DNA of 64,000 nucleotides from Rickettsiaceae bacterium (GCA_049739405.1 JBMGNO010000002.1:619-64618), one strand, 5' to 3'; positions 10,222 to 21,341 are shown, counted from the stretch's first letter. Notes: generated by a model from the sequence alone, not told the origin. Numbers and translations: made by a program.

Positions 10222-10992
10222 GTGGAAAAAATTAATTGGTATGGCACGTATTACCTAGCATTACGTGAAACAAAAAGGTTCCTGAGGGTTTATAATCAAA
10301 CTATTCTAACTCCGGTAATTTCAGCCCTGCTATTCTTAACAATATTCATCTTAGCCATTGGTGGTAATAGAAGTGAAATTTCTGGTATTAACTTTATCAA
10401 TTTTATGGGCTATGGATTAATTGCGATGAGTATTATTCAAAATAGTTTTGCAAATAGCTCTTCCTCATTCATCATGAGCAAAGTATTAGGCTATATTAAT
10501 GATATTTTAATTCCACCTTTTAGTAGCATAGAGATTATTTTAGCCCTAACTATCGGGTCAGTTATCCGAGGAATTCTAGTAGGAATAGCGGTATCAGTAG
10601 CCTTGTCACCTTTTATAGAGTATCAATTAATTCACCCATTTTTAATAGTTTTTTATGTTATTAGCTCATGTGTGTTACTAGGACAATTAGGTTTACTTGG
10701 AGGATTAATGTCTAATTCTTTCGATCAAATGTCAGCTATAACCAGCTATTTAGTTACGCCATTATCGTTTTTATCTGGTACATTTTATTCTGTCAAATCG
10801 TTGCCAATATTTTTTCAATATATCAATCTCGTAAATCCATTTTTTTACATGATTGATGGCTTTAGATATTGCTTAACTGGTTATACAGACGGAAGCATCT
10901 TGATAGGAATGAGTATGTTGGTCCTATTTAATATAATACTGTTTGGAATTCTAAAATGTTTAATTGACCTTGGGTGGAGAATTAAATCTTAA
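10222..10992 (+). CDS. ABC-2 transporter permease (YadH-like)
   Basis: RETKRFLRV..QTILTP, TPLSFLSGTFYS, NPFFYMIDGFRY. Confidence 0.9.
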   Translation: MEKINWYGTYYLALRETKRFLRVYNQTILTPVISALLFLTIFILAIGGNRSEISGINFINFMGYGLIAMSIIQNSFANSSSSFIMSKVLGYINDILIPPFSSIEIILALTIGSVIRGILVGIAVSVALSPFIEYQLIHPFLIVFYVISSCVLLGQLGLLGGLMSNSFDQMSAITSYLVTPLSFLSGTFYSVKSLPIFFQYINLVNPFFYMIDGFRYCLTGYTDGSILIGMSMLVLFNIILFGILKCLIDLGWRIKS

Positions 10993-11099
10993 TTAGTTTC
11001 TACATCATTTGTTAATATAAATTAAATAAAAAGTACTAGACATTTGTTATTAAATAATTCAAATTGTAAATAATAACCTAAAGTTTAAAAATTATTGCA

Positions 11100-12491
11100 A
11101 TGCTTACAGAACTATTTACAAATGATATTGGGCTTACTATATTAATAATATTCTTTGCTTTTCTTGGATTGTTTATCTTAAACAACATACCAGTAGTTCA
11201 TAACTTTAAAGAGTTTGCGGTTGGTAGTAAAAAAAATAATCTGCGCCCTTTGATTTATTCATTAACCTCTTTATGTATTGGGCATATCATACTAATATCA
11301 TTTTTTTATGATGATTTTTTATATATTATTATAAGTATTTTCTGCTGTATTATATTATTTAGTATTTATCACCGCATGATTTATTGGCTATTTCCTCTAA
11401 ATATGATTTCAATTATAGACCCAATTAGACAAATATATAGCGCTAGAATTAAAATAGTTTTTATCTTTATAGGCATAGTGTTTTGTGTATGCAATGTTGT
11501 GATGTATTTTAGCCTGGTATTTATTCTATTTCGAGAAGATATAGTTTGGCCCTCCATATATTGTGGAATCGCTGTATTTGCAACAGTTACTAACGGCGTT
11601 GATGGGCTATTAAAATTCAGCGTACCACAATTATTTATTTTTACTATTAGTTTAATTGTTTTATGTAGCTTTATGTTTGATGATAGCTATACGTGGGAGT
11701 TAGCTATTTTTTTCGATGAAGAGTTTGGTCAAAACATAGCCAGTGATAATAAAATTAGCGTAAATAACTATGTTTTTATTTTCTTGTATTTCTTTTTATC
11801 ATTCTTCAACCCTGCAATTTACCAGTGTGTTTGCTTATCTAAAGACACTATAGAACTAAAAGACTCTCTATGCTTAATGCTAATGCTATTATTAGGGTTG
11901 TTAGTTGTTGTGCTATTATTCTTTTTGCTAAAAGAAAAGCAAGAAGCTCAGTACTATCTATTTAATTTACTAACTGATACAACCTATTCTTTTAAGCGAA
12001 CCGCAGTAATAATTGCTGTTATGTCTATTATTTTTATTAATATCGTATTAAACCTAAACTCGTCCTCTGTATTAATCTGCAATGATTTATATAAAATAAT
12101 TAACTTAGACATGTCCCGTAGATCCCAAGAGTTTTTAGCCCGTTTATTTTGCTTGATTTTAGGAGCGTCTTCATCTGCAATTGCAAGATTAAAACCCGAC
12201 CTACACTATATTTTATCGATATCTTATAGTGTTTATATTCCCGTTGTGTTTTTTCCAATCTTTTTAACTAGAATTGGTTTTCGTACCAGCGATGAAAGTA
12301 TGATGTTTGGAATTTATACAACTTTAGTATGTGTTTTAATATTTAATACTGCTCTTAACATTAATATGGCCGCACTTGGTATGGTAATATTTGCTGCTTC
12401 TTTATTTTTTTATATTAAGTTTTTTCAACAAACTTATGAATGGGTTGTAGTTAGGGTCATTACCGATAAGAATTATGATACTAACCAATAA
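11100..12491 (+). CDS. Divergent sodium:solute symporter-like membrane protein
   Basis: Highly hydrophobic; FKEFAVG, PAIYQ, NLNSSSVLICND and IGFRTS shared with the SSS gene at 1-1533. Confidence 0.6.
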   Translation: MLTELFTNDIGLTILIIFFAFLGLFILNNIPVVHNFKEFAVGSKKNNLRPLIYSLTSLCIGHIILISFFYDDFLYIIISIFCCIILFSIYHRMIYWLFPLNMISIIDPIRQIYSARIKIVFIFIGIVFCVCNVVMYFSLVFILFREDIVWPSIYCGIAVFATVTNGVDGLLKFSVPQLFIFTISLIVLCSFMFDDSYTWELAIFFDEEFGQNIASDNKISVNNYVFIFLYFFLSFFNPAIYQCVCLSKDTIELKDSLCLMLMLLLGLLVVVLLFFLLKEKQEAQYYLFNLLTDTTYSFKRTAVIIAVMSIIFINIVLNLNSSSVLICNDLYKIINLDMSRRSQEFLARLFCLILGASSSAIARLKPDLHYILSISYSVYIPVVFFPIFLTRIGFRTSDESMMFGIYTTLVCVLIFNTALNINMAALGMVIFAASLFFYIKFFQQTYEWVVVRVITDKNYDTNQ

Positions 12492-12495
12492 AACA

Positions 12496-12555
12496 TAGTG
12501 AATTAAAATAAAATATTGCTATTTCATAGAAAGTGTTTTTTAATTTAATTCACTA
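12496..12555. repeat. Palindromic element with TAGTGAATTAAA ends
   Basis: Perfect 12-bp inverted repeat at 12496-12507 / 12544-12555, between convergent genes. Confidence 0.65.
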
Positions 12556-12560
12556 CATAA

Positions 12561-12761
12561 TTACCAACAAGACTCATAATCGCCCATGAACTCACTAATC
12601 AAACTAGGTGTTTGGTCAGTATTTGGTGAGCGCTCTGGGTAAGAGAAAATTATATCATTAAATACATAAGCATGCCAATTATCTGGCACCCTGTAATTAG
12701 ATTTAATAGGCAGCACCCCATTTTTCCTTAAATCAACTTTCTGTTCTTCCATTTCTATCAC
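12561..12761 (-). CDS. Small hypothetical protein
   Basis: 66-aa ORF only; no recognisable motif. Confidence 0.35.
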   Translation of the reverse strand: MIEMEEQKVDLRKNGVLPIKSNYRVPDNWHAYVFNDIIFSYPERSPNTDQTPSLISEFMGDYESCW

Positions 12762-12835
12762 CTATTTATTATTTAATTCACCGTAGTACTTATCTTTAAG
12801 GTTACTAAAAAACTGTTTAAAAAGGGTTAATTTAC

Positions 12836-13621
12836 GGCGTTACTAAATAACAGTTGATATGGGGCAAGAGGTTAGTCATTTTGTGAAAAAGGTTTTTTAT
12901 AAACGGTTAATTGCAAGGTTTGTGGCAATACAAAATTAATAAAGAACGGCAAGAATAAGCTGGGAGCGCGCAGGGATATAAATGCAAAAGCTGCGCGATT
13001 ACGTTTATCGAAGGTGACCTGAGGCTAAAGCACGGTCTGGAGAAACGCTTAAAAGTAATTTCTATGTACCTTAAAGGCATTGGCATAAGGTCTATAGAGC
13101 GATTGGAGAAAGTTTCTAACCCATATAATATATTGGACTCGCCACTTCTCGGAGCTTATTAGAAAGGAGTTGAAGCGCAGACCCATACCCAATAAGCTTC
13201 AAGATGTAGCAATCGTTGAAGTAGACGAACTTTTCACTTATTACAAAAAAAAACCAAAGATCATATATATGTCTTGCTGTTGACCGAAACGGAAACAAGG
13301 TTATTGATTTCAAAGTAACAAAAAATCGTGATTTTACCTCGTATTTACCCCCTAGCCCAAAGGCTAGAAAGGAGGTATAACATTGAATAGCTATGCACCG
13401 ACGCCTATGAGGCGTTTTCAAAATACATAATTTCTGAAAAATCATACCACCACAAAAGCTGAAACTTCATTAGTTGAATCGTTCAATTCATTAATACGCC
13501 ACTACCTTGCAAGGTTTAATCGTAAAACCAAGGGGTGTAGCAAAAATATTGATATGATAACACATTCCTTATACTTTGCTTTTTAACAAGAATTTGTTGT
13601 CAACTGTTATTTAGCAATGCC
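12836..13621 (+). mobile_element. IS1-family insertion sequence with degenerate transposase
   Basis: 22-bp terminal IRs (GGCGTTACTAAATAACAGTTGA / TCAACTGTTATTTAGCAATGCC); 8-bp TSD TAATTTAC; InsA zinc ribbon CKVCG..YKCKSC; InsB VEVDELFTY, A-run slippage site ~13244, ESFNSLIRHYLARFNRKTK; extra frameshifts. Confidence 0.92.
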
Positions 13622-14874
13622 TAATTTACCATACTGTCAATATTTGATGAGATTTGCAAAATCATATAGAATGCCAATATGGCAAATAGTACTATGTACA
13701 AAATTGGAAAAAGCATAAATCCAGTGTTTTTTATTACCAACAAGCAAATATAATTAGCGCTACCAGACATTAAAAGCGAACCAATAGTATGACCTAGGCC
13801 AACCCCACGGTATCTTTCTTTTGATTTAAAAGCTTGGATAATTACGCCATGTGCCAGCGCATTAAATGGAGCTACAGAAATAGCCAATAGTAAACATGAA
13901 ATTAAAGCTAAATTTAATAGCTGGAATTGTACGGCTATACTAATTAAAATAGCAGATAATATTGTTAACACTAACGTGCATTTAAATACAAAAAGCTTGC
14001 CATAATAATCCGCAAAAATACCAGATACAGGCATTGCTGCACCAAACCCTATCACTATAATAATCGAGAAAGTGCTAATTATTGCCTTTGCTTCTGGAAT
14101 CACTAGTGGTAGATATTGTTTCATAAAAATAATAGAAACCTGATAAGTTACACCAAACCCACCTGATAGCAAAATAATTAGCACTAATACTCGCCATTGC
14201 TTGCGTATAAAACCAAGCAAGTTGTTAAACTGAATCGATTCTTTTTGTGCGGCAAGAAAAACTGGCGTCTCCTCTAGGAATGTGCGATAATATATCGTTA
14301 CTACTGCTAGCGGAAACGATAATAAAAAAGGCACTCTCCAACACCAATCAGGGAAAATCGTTGAATTAAAAAAGTTTGTAACTGCAATACCTAGTAATAA
14401 ACCAATAACTCCCGTAGACCTAGTGATCGCTGAAGCCGTATATTGATGCTCTTTGCCAAGGTGCTCTATCACATAAATAGCTGCTCCGTCATATTCACCA
14501 GCAACAAAAAAACCTTGAAAAAAACGACAAAGTACTAATATTTGTATAGCTAAAACACCAATGCTATTATAATCTGGCAAAAGGCCTATTGTTACAGTTG
14601 GCACAACAATACCAATCATCGTAATCTTCAAACTAGCTTTACGACCATATTTATCGCCAATTTTACTAAAAAATAATGACCCCAAAGGCTTTGCGCAATA
14701 AGAAATAAAGTAAATAGCAAATACGTGCATTAATCCGGATATGTAGTCTATATCCGGGAAAAATTTTTCACGCAGTATGTTTGCCGAGAACCCATATAAA
14801 CTATAGTCATAATACTCAACAATAGTGCCAAGAAAAGCACCTGCAATTTTTTTTCTTTTAATACTCATCAGCAA
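13621..14874 (-). CDS. MFS transporter (ProP-like/MHS family)
   Basis: GTIVEYYDYSLYG, GDKYGRK, RFFQGFFVAGEY, WRVPFLL. Confidence 0.9.
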   Translation of the reverse strand: MLMSIKRKKIAGAFLGTIVEYYDYSLYGFSANILREKFFPDIDYISGLMHVFAIYFISYCAKPLGSLFFSKIGDKYGRKASLKITMIGIVVPTVTIGLLPDYNSIGVLAIQILVLCRFFQGFFVAGEYDGAAIYVIEHLGKEHQYTASAITRSTGVIGLLLGIAVTNFFNSTIFPDWCWRVPFLLSFPLAVVTIYYRTFLEETPVFLAAQKESIQFNNLLGFIRKQWRVLVLIILLSGGFGVTYQVSIIFMKQYLPLVIPEAKAIISTFSIIIVIGFGAAMPVSGIFADYYGKLFVFKCTLVLTILSAILISIAVQFQLLNLALISCLLLAISVAPFNALAHGVIIQAFKSKERYRGVGLGHTIGSLLMSGSANYICLLVIKNTGFMLFPILYIVLFAILAFYMILQISSNIDSMVN

Positions 14875-14898
14875 TTAATTCAAATTGGAAAAATTAAG

Positions 14899-15442
14899 TT
14901 AGCGCGCTTTTAAAATAATTTCATATATTGTTTGCACCGTACTTTCGAAATCATCATTAACTAGCACATGGTCATAGTACTTACTATACTCCATTTCTTT
15001 TTTTGCTTCGCTTAATCTTAATTTAATAGTGTTATAACTATCTTGATTGCGGTTTTCAAGGCGTTTCTTTAGCTCCTTGATACTAGGTGGTAATAGAAAA
15101 AAAACTAATTACCTTGGATTTTTCAGATGATTCAATAATTTGCCTGGCTCCTTGCCAATCAATATCAAACAAAATATTTTTTTGATCCTTCAATTGATTA
15201 TCTATGTATTGTTTAGGCGTCCCATAAAGATTACCATAGATTTCTGCGCTCTCTAGAAGGTTGATTTTCTTAAATTCTTCAGGAGTCTTGATAAAAAAAT
15301 AATCGACCCCCTCTTCTTCACTCGATCTTTTCGAGCGAGTTGTGGCTGAAATAGATAACACAAAATTACTATCTATTTCGGTCAATCTCTTAGTAATAGA
15401 CGACTTACCACAACCAGAAGGGGCCGAAATAATTATTATCAT
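14899..15442 (-). CDS. gmk: Guanylate kinase (one extra base in T8 run at 15097-15104)
   Basis: SAPSGCGKS, SATTR, EGVDYFF, YGNLYGTP; removing one T continues FLLPPSIKELKKRLENR..YDHVLVNDDF to TAA at 14899. Confidence 0.9.
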
Positions 15443-15445
15443 AAA

Positions 15446-15970
15446 TTAGTTAGATTTAAACAAACCAGTAACTTTATCTAATAAAGATTCTTTTTTTTCT
15501 TTAGCATCCTGCTTCATGTCTTCCGCAGTGTTGTTAACTGTTGTTTGCGTTTCTTTAGCCGCTTGCTTTGCGTCTTCTGTTTTATTATGCACTGTTGTTT
15601 GTGTTTCTTTAGCTGCTTGCTTTGCATCTTCTGTTTTGTTATGAACAGCAGTTTTTACTTTCTCAGCTGTGCTTTCTGTTTTCTCTCCAGCGTTGTTATA
15701 AGCCTCTTTAACAGCTTGCTTTGCATCTTCTGTTTTGTTTTTAATAGCAGTTTGCGCTTCTTTTGCCGCCTGCTTTGCGTCTTCTACTTTGTTTTTTACT
15801 GCTGTTTGTGTATCTTTAGTCATTTGTTTTGCTCCTTCTAGTTTATACTTAGCACTTGTTTGCATTTCCTTTGCTGTTTCTTGCACATCACCTTTATCTG
15901 GCATATTAGCTGCAAAAGATAGTGTTGACGCTGTTAAAACGATTGTCCCAATAACTGCTTTAAGTTTCAT
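15446..15970 (-). CDS. Exported LEA/apolipoprotein-like repeat protein
   Basis: Signal peptide plus 18-aa repeats NKTEDAKQAAKETQTTVH. Confidence 0.75.
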   Translation of the reverse strand: MKLKAVIGTIVLTASTLSFAANMPDKGDVQETAKEMQTSAKYKLEGAKQMTKDTQTAVKNKVEDAKQAAKEAQTAIKNKTEDAKQAVKEAYNNAGEKTESTAEKVKTAVHNKTEDAKQAAKETQTTVHNKTEDAKQAAKETQTTVNNTAEDMKQDAKEKKESLLDKVTGLFKSN

Positions 15971-16253
15971 AAACTGCTCCTTTAAATATTTTAATGATTA
16001 CAAATTAACGTCATTATAAGTTAGTAGGGGCCTAACAAAAAGTCAAGCAATTTTGTCAAACGAACTTTAAATCAAAAAGATTTTATCGTTTGTGGCTCAT
16101 ATCACACGACTCCTTATTATAAGTAGAGTATTTTTCTAATAAAAGTAAAAAAAGACTAGATTTTTGCATCGAAACAATGTATACAATAGTAGTATGTTTA
16201 ATCGCAAACATAACTTAACTAAATGAAAAAATTTATTATCTATTGGAGGAATA

Positions 16254-16865
16254 ATGAAAAAACTTCTTTTAACTACAGCAGCTGTTGTTGCTTTAAGCTC
16301 TTCAAATGCATTCGCAACTGAGAGTGATTTTTATGTAAAAGCTAATGGTGGTGCATCAATGGTGCAAAAACTAGGAAGCTTTAAAAAAGAAACAACTGGT
16401 ATTGCTACTATCGGTTTTGGTTACAACGTAATGGAAAACCTAAGAGCTGATTTAACTATAGATCACTTGTTTAAGCCAACTTTAAAAGGTTCAGACAACA
16501 ATTTAACTACAGGCAACAAGCTTGAATTAAAAGCTAACAGCTTATTAGTGAACATGTATGCTGATATCTACGACGCTGGTATGGCTAAAATATTTGTGGG
16601 CGCAGGTATTGGTGCAGCAAAAATCAGTGGTGACTTAAAAGGTGTTACTGTTGCAACAGATACTATACCTGCTAAACCATTTAAAACAAAAGTGAAGTCA
16701 AAAACAAACTTCTCTTATGCTTTACACGCTGGTGTGTCAGCTGAAATCGATCACGATATGCATGCTGAATTAGCTTATAGCTTTAAAGACTTTGGTAAGT
16801 TCAAAAACGTGGACAAAGACGTTAGAGCTCACAACATCACAGCTGGTATTAGATTTGATATCTAA
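16254..16865 (+). CDS. Outer-membrane beta-barrel protein (opacity/porin family, Adr1/Adr2-like)
   Basis: Signal peptide; GFGYNVMENLRADLT; FVGAGIG; C-terminal AGIRFDI. Confidence 0.82.
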   Translation: MKKLLLTTAAVVALSSSNAFATESDFYVKANGGASMVQKLGSFKKETTGIATIGFGYNVMENLRADLTIDHLFKPTLKGSDNNLTTGNKLELKANSLLVNMYADIYDAGMAKIFVGAGIGAAKISGDLKGVTVATDTIPAKPFKTKVKSKTNFSYALHAGVSAEIDHDMHAELAYSFKDFGKFKNVDKDVRAHNITAGIRFDI

Positions 16866-16900
16866 TTCCACCTTAAATATTTAAGATTATAAATATTTAT

Positions 16901-16948
16901 AAAGGCGCATCACGTGTAGTTAAAGCTACGTGGTGCGCTTTTTTTATT
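16901..16948 (+). terminator. Rho-independent terminator
   Basis: GCGCATCACGT...ACGTGGTGCGC followed by a T-run. Confidence 0.7.
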
Positions 16949-17039
16949 ATGTTTAATAAAAAAAGCTGGACTAATTGTTTAAAATGGTGTACGTAAGTAA
17001 ATAGTATTTTAATTATTGATAACATATCACGAGGACAAA

Positions 17040-17645
17040 ATGAAAAAAATTATTTTAACTACTGCCGCTATTGTTGCAATTAGCTCAACAAACGCAATTG
17101 CAACAGAAACTAATTTCTATTTTAAGGCAAGTGCTGGCGCATCTGCATTACAAAAGACAAAAAAACTTGATAATAAAACAACAGGAATCTTTAATTTTGG
17201 TGCTGGTTACCACATTAATCACAACTTAAGAGCTGATATCACAATAGATCACCTTATTAAACCATCTTTAAAAACAAAGTCAGATGATGGGCTTGTTGTT
17301 AATCCTAGCACTAAGTTAGGTGCCAATAGCTTATTATTAAACCTATATTCAGATATTTACTCAAATAATACAACTTCATTGTTTGTGGGAGCAGGTATTG
17401 GTGCATCAAGAATAACTGGTAAAGTTAATTTTACTGATCCAAATGAAGTGCCAAGAACTGGTAAAATCAAAGAGTCAAGACACTTTGCATATGCTTTATA
17501 TACTGGGGTTTCCACACGAATAGACCATGATATTTATGGAGAAATCACATATAGCTTTAAGGATTATGGAAACATTAAAACCTTGAACGTTAAAAACAAG
17601 GTAAGATCTCATAATCTAACTGTTGGCCTTAGAGTTGATATTTAA
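17040..17645 (+). CDS. Outer-membrane beta-barrel protein, tandem paralog
   Basis: ATG 17040 after GAGG RBS; collinear with 16254-16865 (LRADITIDHL, FVGAGIG, YSFKDYG, GLRVDI). Confidence 0.82.
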   Translation: MKKIILTTAAIVAISSTNAIATETNFYFKASAGASALQKTKKLDNKTTGIFNFGAGYHINHNLRADITIDHLIKPSLKTKSDDGLVVNPSTKLGANSLLLNLYSDIYSNNTTSLFVGAGIGASRITGKVNFTDPNEVPRTGKIKESRHFAYALYTGVSTRIDHDIYGEITYSFKDYGNIKTLNVKNKVRSHNLTVGLRVDI

Positions 17646-17676
17646 TTACCTTAGAACTTTAAATAAAGAGTTTATC

Positions 17677-17715
17677 AACGCGCTTCTAAAATATTAGTTG
17701 CGCGTTTAATTTTTG
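17677..17715 (+). terminator. Putative terminator hairpin
   Basis: AACGCGC...GCGCGTT followed by T-rich tail. Confidence 0.5.
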
Positions 17716-17803
17716 ACGATTAATCAATTATCAAAAAATCTTGAATTTTGATCAACTATCCTCTATTCTTACGCAAGATAATATATTAAAGTAAGTAATT
17801 GCA

Positions 17804-18844
17804 ATGTTAAGTCAAATTTTAAAAAATGTAGTTCATAAATTACAAACAATCAACCACTTACAAGATTTACAAAACGCAAAATCAGAGTTTTTAGGCAAGT
17901 CTAGTCTTATCAATAAAGAAATGAGTAAGCTTGGAAAAGCCCCCCCGGAAGATCGTAAAAAACTTGGGGCTGAGATCAATCAAGTTAAGCAAGAAATTCA
18001 AAATCTACTTAATGAGAAAGAGGCGGTTATTCAAGAAACCGAGTTAAATAAAAAATTTACCTCTGAAAAAATTGACCTAACCACCCCTGCAAGGCCAAGG
18101 CCCAAGGGGTCTATTCACCCTATTACACAATGTATGGATGAGTTAATTCAAGTTTTTTCTAAATATGGTTTTGATATTAAAGACGGCCCTAGCATAGAGG
18201 ATGATTGGTATAATTTCACGGCTCTAAACATCGATGAAAACCACCCAGCCCGTCAAATGCACGATACATTTTACTTAAATAAAACAGATGATAAAAATAG
18301 ATTATTAAGAACACATACTTCTCCTATACAGATTCGCACAATGCAAAACGAGAAGCCGCCCTACCGATTCATCGCCCCAGGAAGAACTTATAGATGTGAC
18401 TCAGATATGACGCATACGCCGATGTTTCATCAAATTGAAGGAATGGTTATAGATAAAAATATTCATATGGGCCATTTAAAATATGTAATTATTGATTTTA
18501 TTAAAAGTTTTTTTGAACAGCCAAATATTGAGATTCAATTTAGGCCTAGTTTTTTCCCGTTTACTGAACCATCAGCAGAAGTAGACATTCGCATGAGCAA
18601 AGATGACAAATGGCTAGAGGTCCTGGGCTGCGGAATGGTTCACCCTAAAATATTAGAAAATGTTGGAGTAGACCCTTCAAAATACCAGGGTTTTGCTTTT
18701 GGTCTTGGGGTAGAGCGCTTTGCTATGCTCAAATATGGAATCAAAGATCTACGCCAATTCTTCGAAGGAGACTTGCGCTGGGCAAAGCACTATAATTTTG
18801 AAAATTTAGATATTCCAACACTGGCGGGAGGGCTAACAAAATGA
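17804..18844 (+). CDS. pheS: Phenylalanine-tRNA ligase alpha subunit
   Basis: [39 protein letters not shown]. Confidence 0.98.
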   Translation: MLSQILKNVVHKLQTINHLQDLQNAKSEFLGKSSLINKEMSKLGKAPPEDRKKLGAEINQVKQEIQNLLNEKEAVIQETELNKKFTSEKIDLTTPARPRPKGSIHPITQCMDELIQVFSKYGFDIKDGPSIEDDWYNFTALNIDENHPARQMHDTFYLNKTDDKNRLLRTHTSPIQIRTMQNEKPPYRFIAPGRTYRCDSDMTHTPMFHQIEGMVIDKNIHMGHLKYVIIDFIKSFFEQPNIEIQFRPSFFPFTEPSAEVDIRMSKDDKWLEVLGCGMVHPKILENVGVDPSKYQGFAFGLGVERFAMLKYGIKDLRQFFEGDLRWAKHYNFENLDIPTLAGGLTK

Positions 18845-21223
18845 AATTTACTTTATCGTGGCTAAAACAGTTTTTTAGATACTAATGCATCTACCGATGA
18901 AATTCAAAACAAGCTAACAATGATTGGTTTGGAGATGGAGGATTTTATCGATCACTCTGAATTTCTTTCTAAATTCGAAGTAGCAGAAATAATCGAATCA
19001 AAGCCACATCCAGATGCAGATAAACTACAAATATGCACTGTCAGAACTAAAAACGAGACTTTACAAATTGTCTGTGGCGCGTCTAATGCACGAACTGGTC
19101 TTAAAGTCGTCTTAGCTAAAGTAGGAACCTTAATACCAAATGGTAATTTTAAAATTAAAGCAACAAAGATTCGTGGCATTGATAGCTTCGGCATGATGTG
19201 CTCTAAGGGAGAATTAGGTCTACCAGAAGATGGCTCTGAGGGTATTATTGAGCTTCCTCAGAATGCTATAATTGGCAAGCAAGTTGCTTCTTACCTTGGG
19301 GCAGATGACCCCGTTTTCTTTATTAACATTACACCAAACAGAGCCGATGCGCTTGGAGTGTACGGAATTGCTAGAGACTTAGCTGCATCTGGTTTAGGGC
19401 GATTAAAAGATCAAAATATCATCACTCCCAAAAGTTCCTTTACTAGTAATTACAAAGTGTCGGTCAATAATTCCAAGACCTGCCCCTTATTTACTATGCG
19501 TGAGATTCGCGGAGTAAATAATACCCAATCTCCAAACTGGCTAAAAAACTTATTACTTAATATTGGCGTTGAACCAATCTCTGCCATAGTAGATATTACT
19601 AACTATATATGCTACAGCTTTGGGCAGCCAATGCACGCATACGATGCAACGAAAATAAATTCTGGTTTAAAAGTAGATGTATTATTAGAAGAAGCTAAAT
19701 TTCTAGCTTTAAATGAACAAGAATACAACTTACCTAAAGATTCTTTAGTTATTAGCGACAGCGGTGAAATACAATGCCTAGCCGGTATTATCGGAGGTCA
19801 AAAAAGTGCCTGCAGTAAAAATACTAACAGCATTATATTAGAAGCGGCAATATTTGATGCGTCAACTATTGCCAAATGCGGCAGGTCATTGCACATAGAC
19901 ACTGATTCTCGCTACCGCTTTGAACGCAATGTTGACCAAGAATTTACTACTAAAGCGCTTGATATTGCAACTAACTTAATTATTGAAATTTGTGGCGGAG
20001 AATCTTCTGAAGCTATAATTGAGGGTCACGCATATAACAAGCCAAGAGAAATTCTATTTTCTGCTCAGCTCTTAACTAAAAAAACAAATATATCTTTAGA
20101 AAACATAGACATTATCAATATCTTATCAAAATTAGGGTTTATATGCTCTGAAAAAGACGACCAGATCAGTGTTACAATCCCAAGCTGGAGATATGATGTA
20201 TCAATCCCCGAGGATCTTGTGGAAGAAGTTGTTAGGATTTATGGCTATGAGAACATACCACAAACTCCACTACCAAATATGAATGCTACGAAAATAATAC
20301 CTTACGACCATAAAAGAATGTCTGATATCAAGCGTTTATTAGCAACAAGTGGTTATACAGAAATAACCACTTGGTCATTTATGGATAGCGTAAAAGCAAA
20401 GCACTTCACAAAAATAGAAGATGGTTTAACATTACAAAACCCTATTAGCTCAGAACTGGACTATATGAGGCCATCTATTTTACCTAACATATTAACAGCC
20501 TGTGCAAATAATTTAAACAGGTCGTTTAATAACTTCTCTTTGTTTGAATTAGGACCAATATTTAACGACACTAGTGACAAAGTGGTAAACAACGCTTGCG
20601 GTGTCAGAGTTGGTAAGGATATTGAAAATAATGTGCATGGGCAAAGAGATGTAGATGTTTTTGATATAAAAGCAGATATAGCAATGATCCTAGAGTTTTA
20701 TGGCCTAGATATTAATAAATGCCAGTTTAAAACTAATGCACCAGAATATTACCACCCAACAAGATCAGCTTCCATTAATTTAGGCAAAAAAACCTTAGGG
20801 TATTTTGGTCAAGTGCACCCTATTATAGCTAAAAAAATGGATGTAAAAACTAATGCGTTTGCTTTTGAAATAAACATCGAGGCGTTGCCTATTAGTAAAG
20901 CTAAATTTGGTAAGAAGTCAGAGTACAAGATCTCTGATTACCAAGCAATAAAGCGTGATTATGCATTTATCGTTGATCAAGAACTAGCGGTACTAGATTT
21001 GATTAATTGCGTTAAAAATAGCGATAAGAAGCTTATTAAGGACGTTATCTTATTCGATATATACAATGGTGAGAATATTCAGCAAGGTAGGAAATCCGTT
21101 GCTTTATCTGTGAATATCCAAGATGATAATAAGACGCTAAGTAAAGATGATATTGAAACGATAAATACCAAAATTTTGGATAACGTAACTGGTAAGTTTA
21201 ATGCCGTATTAAGAGATTGTTGA
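18841..21223 (+). CDS. pheT: Phenylalanine-tRNA ligase beta subunit (one extra T in run 18871-18876)
   Basis: [11 protein letters not shown] at 18841 joins the 767-aa ORF after removing one T; HPDADKL, TPNRAD, DITNY, RFER. Confidence 0.95.
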
Positions 21224-21240
21224 TATGGTTATATTGATAA

Positions 21241-21341
21241 TAAATCAAGCTGATTACCAACCGTTACATCAATAGATTTTGATGCTTTTGGAATCGGCTT
21301 AAATTCTGTTTTAACGCTAATTGATTTTCTTGCAGAAAGAG
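21241..21341. repeat. 101-bp direct repeat, copy 1 (duplicate of 22692-22792)
   Basis: Identical except one base to the 3' part of gene 22680-23306. Confidence 0.95.

Noticed and set aside
13116-13445. 109-aa minus-strand ORF
   Set aside because: Antisense to the IS1 transposase remnant
15540-15830. Repeats as a possible CRISPR array
   Set aside because: In-frame 54-bp coding repeats with no unique spacers and no cas genes
15545-16019. Cys/Phe-rich plus-strand ORFs
   Set aside because: Shadow frames of the repeat protein on the minus strand
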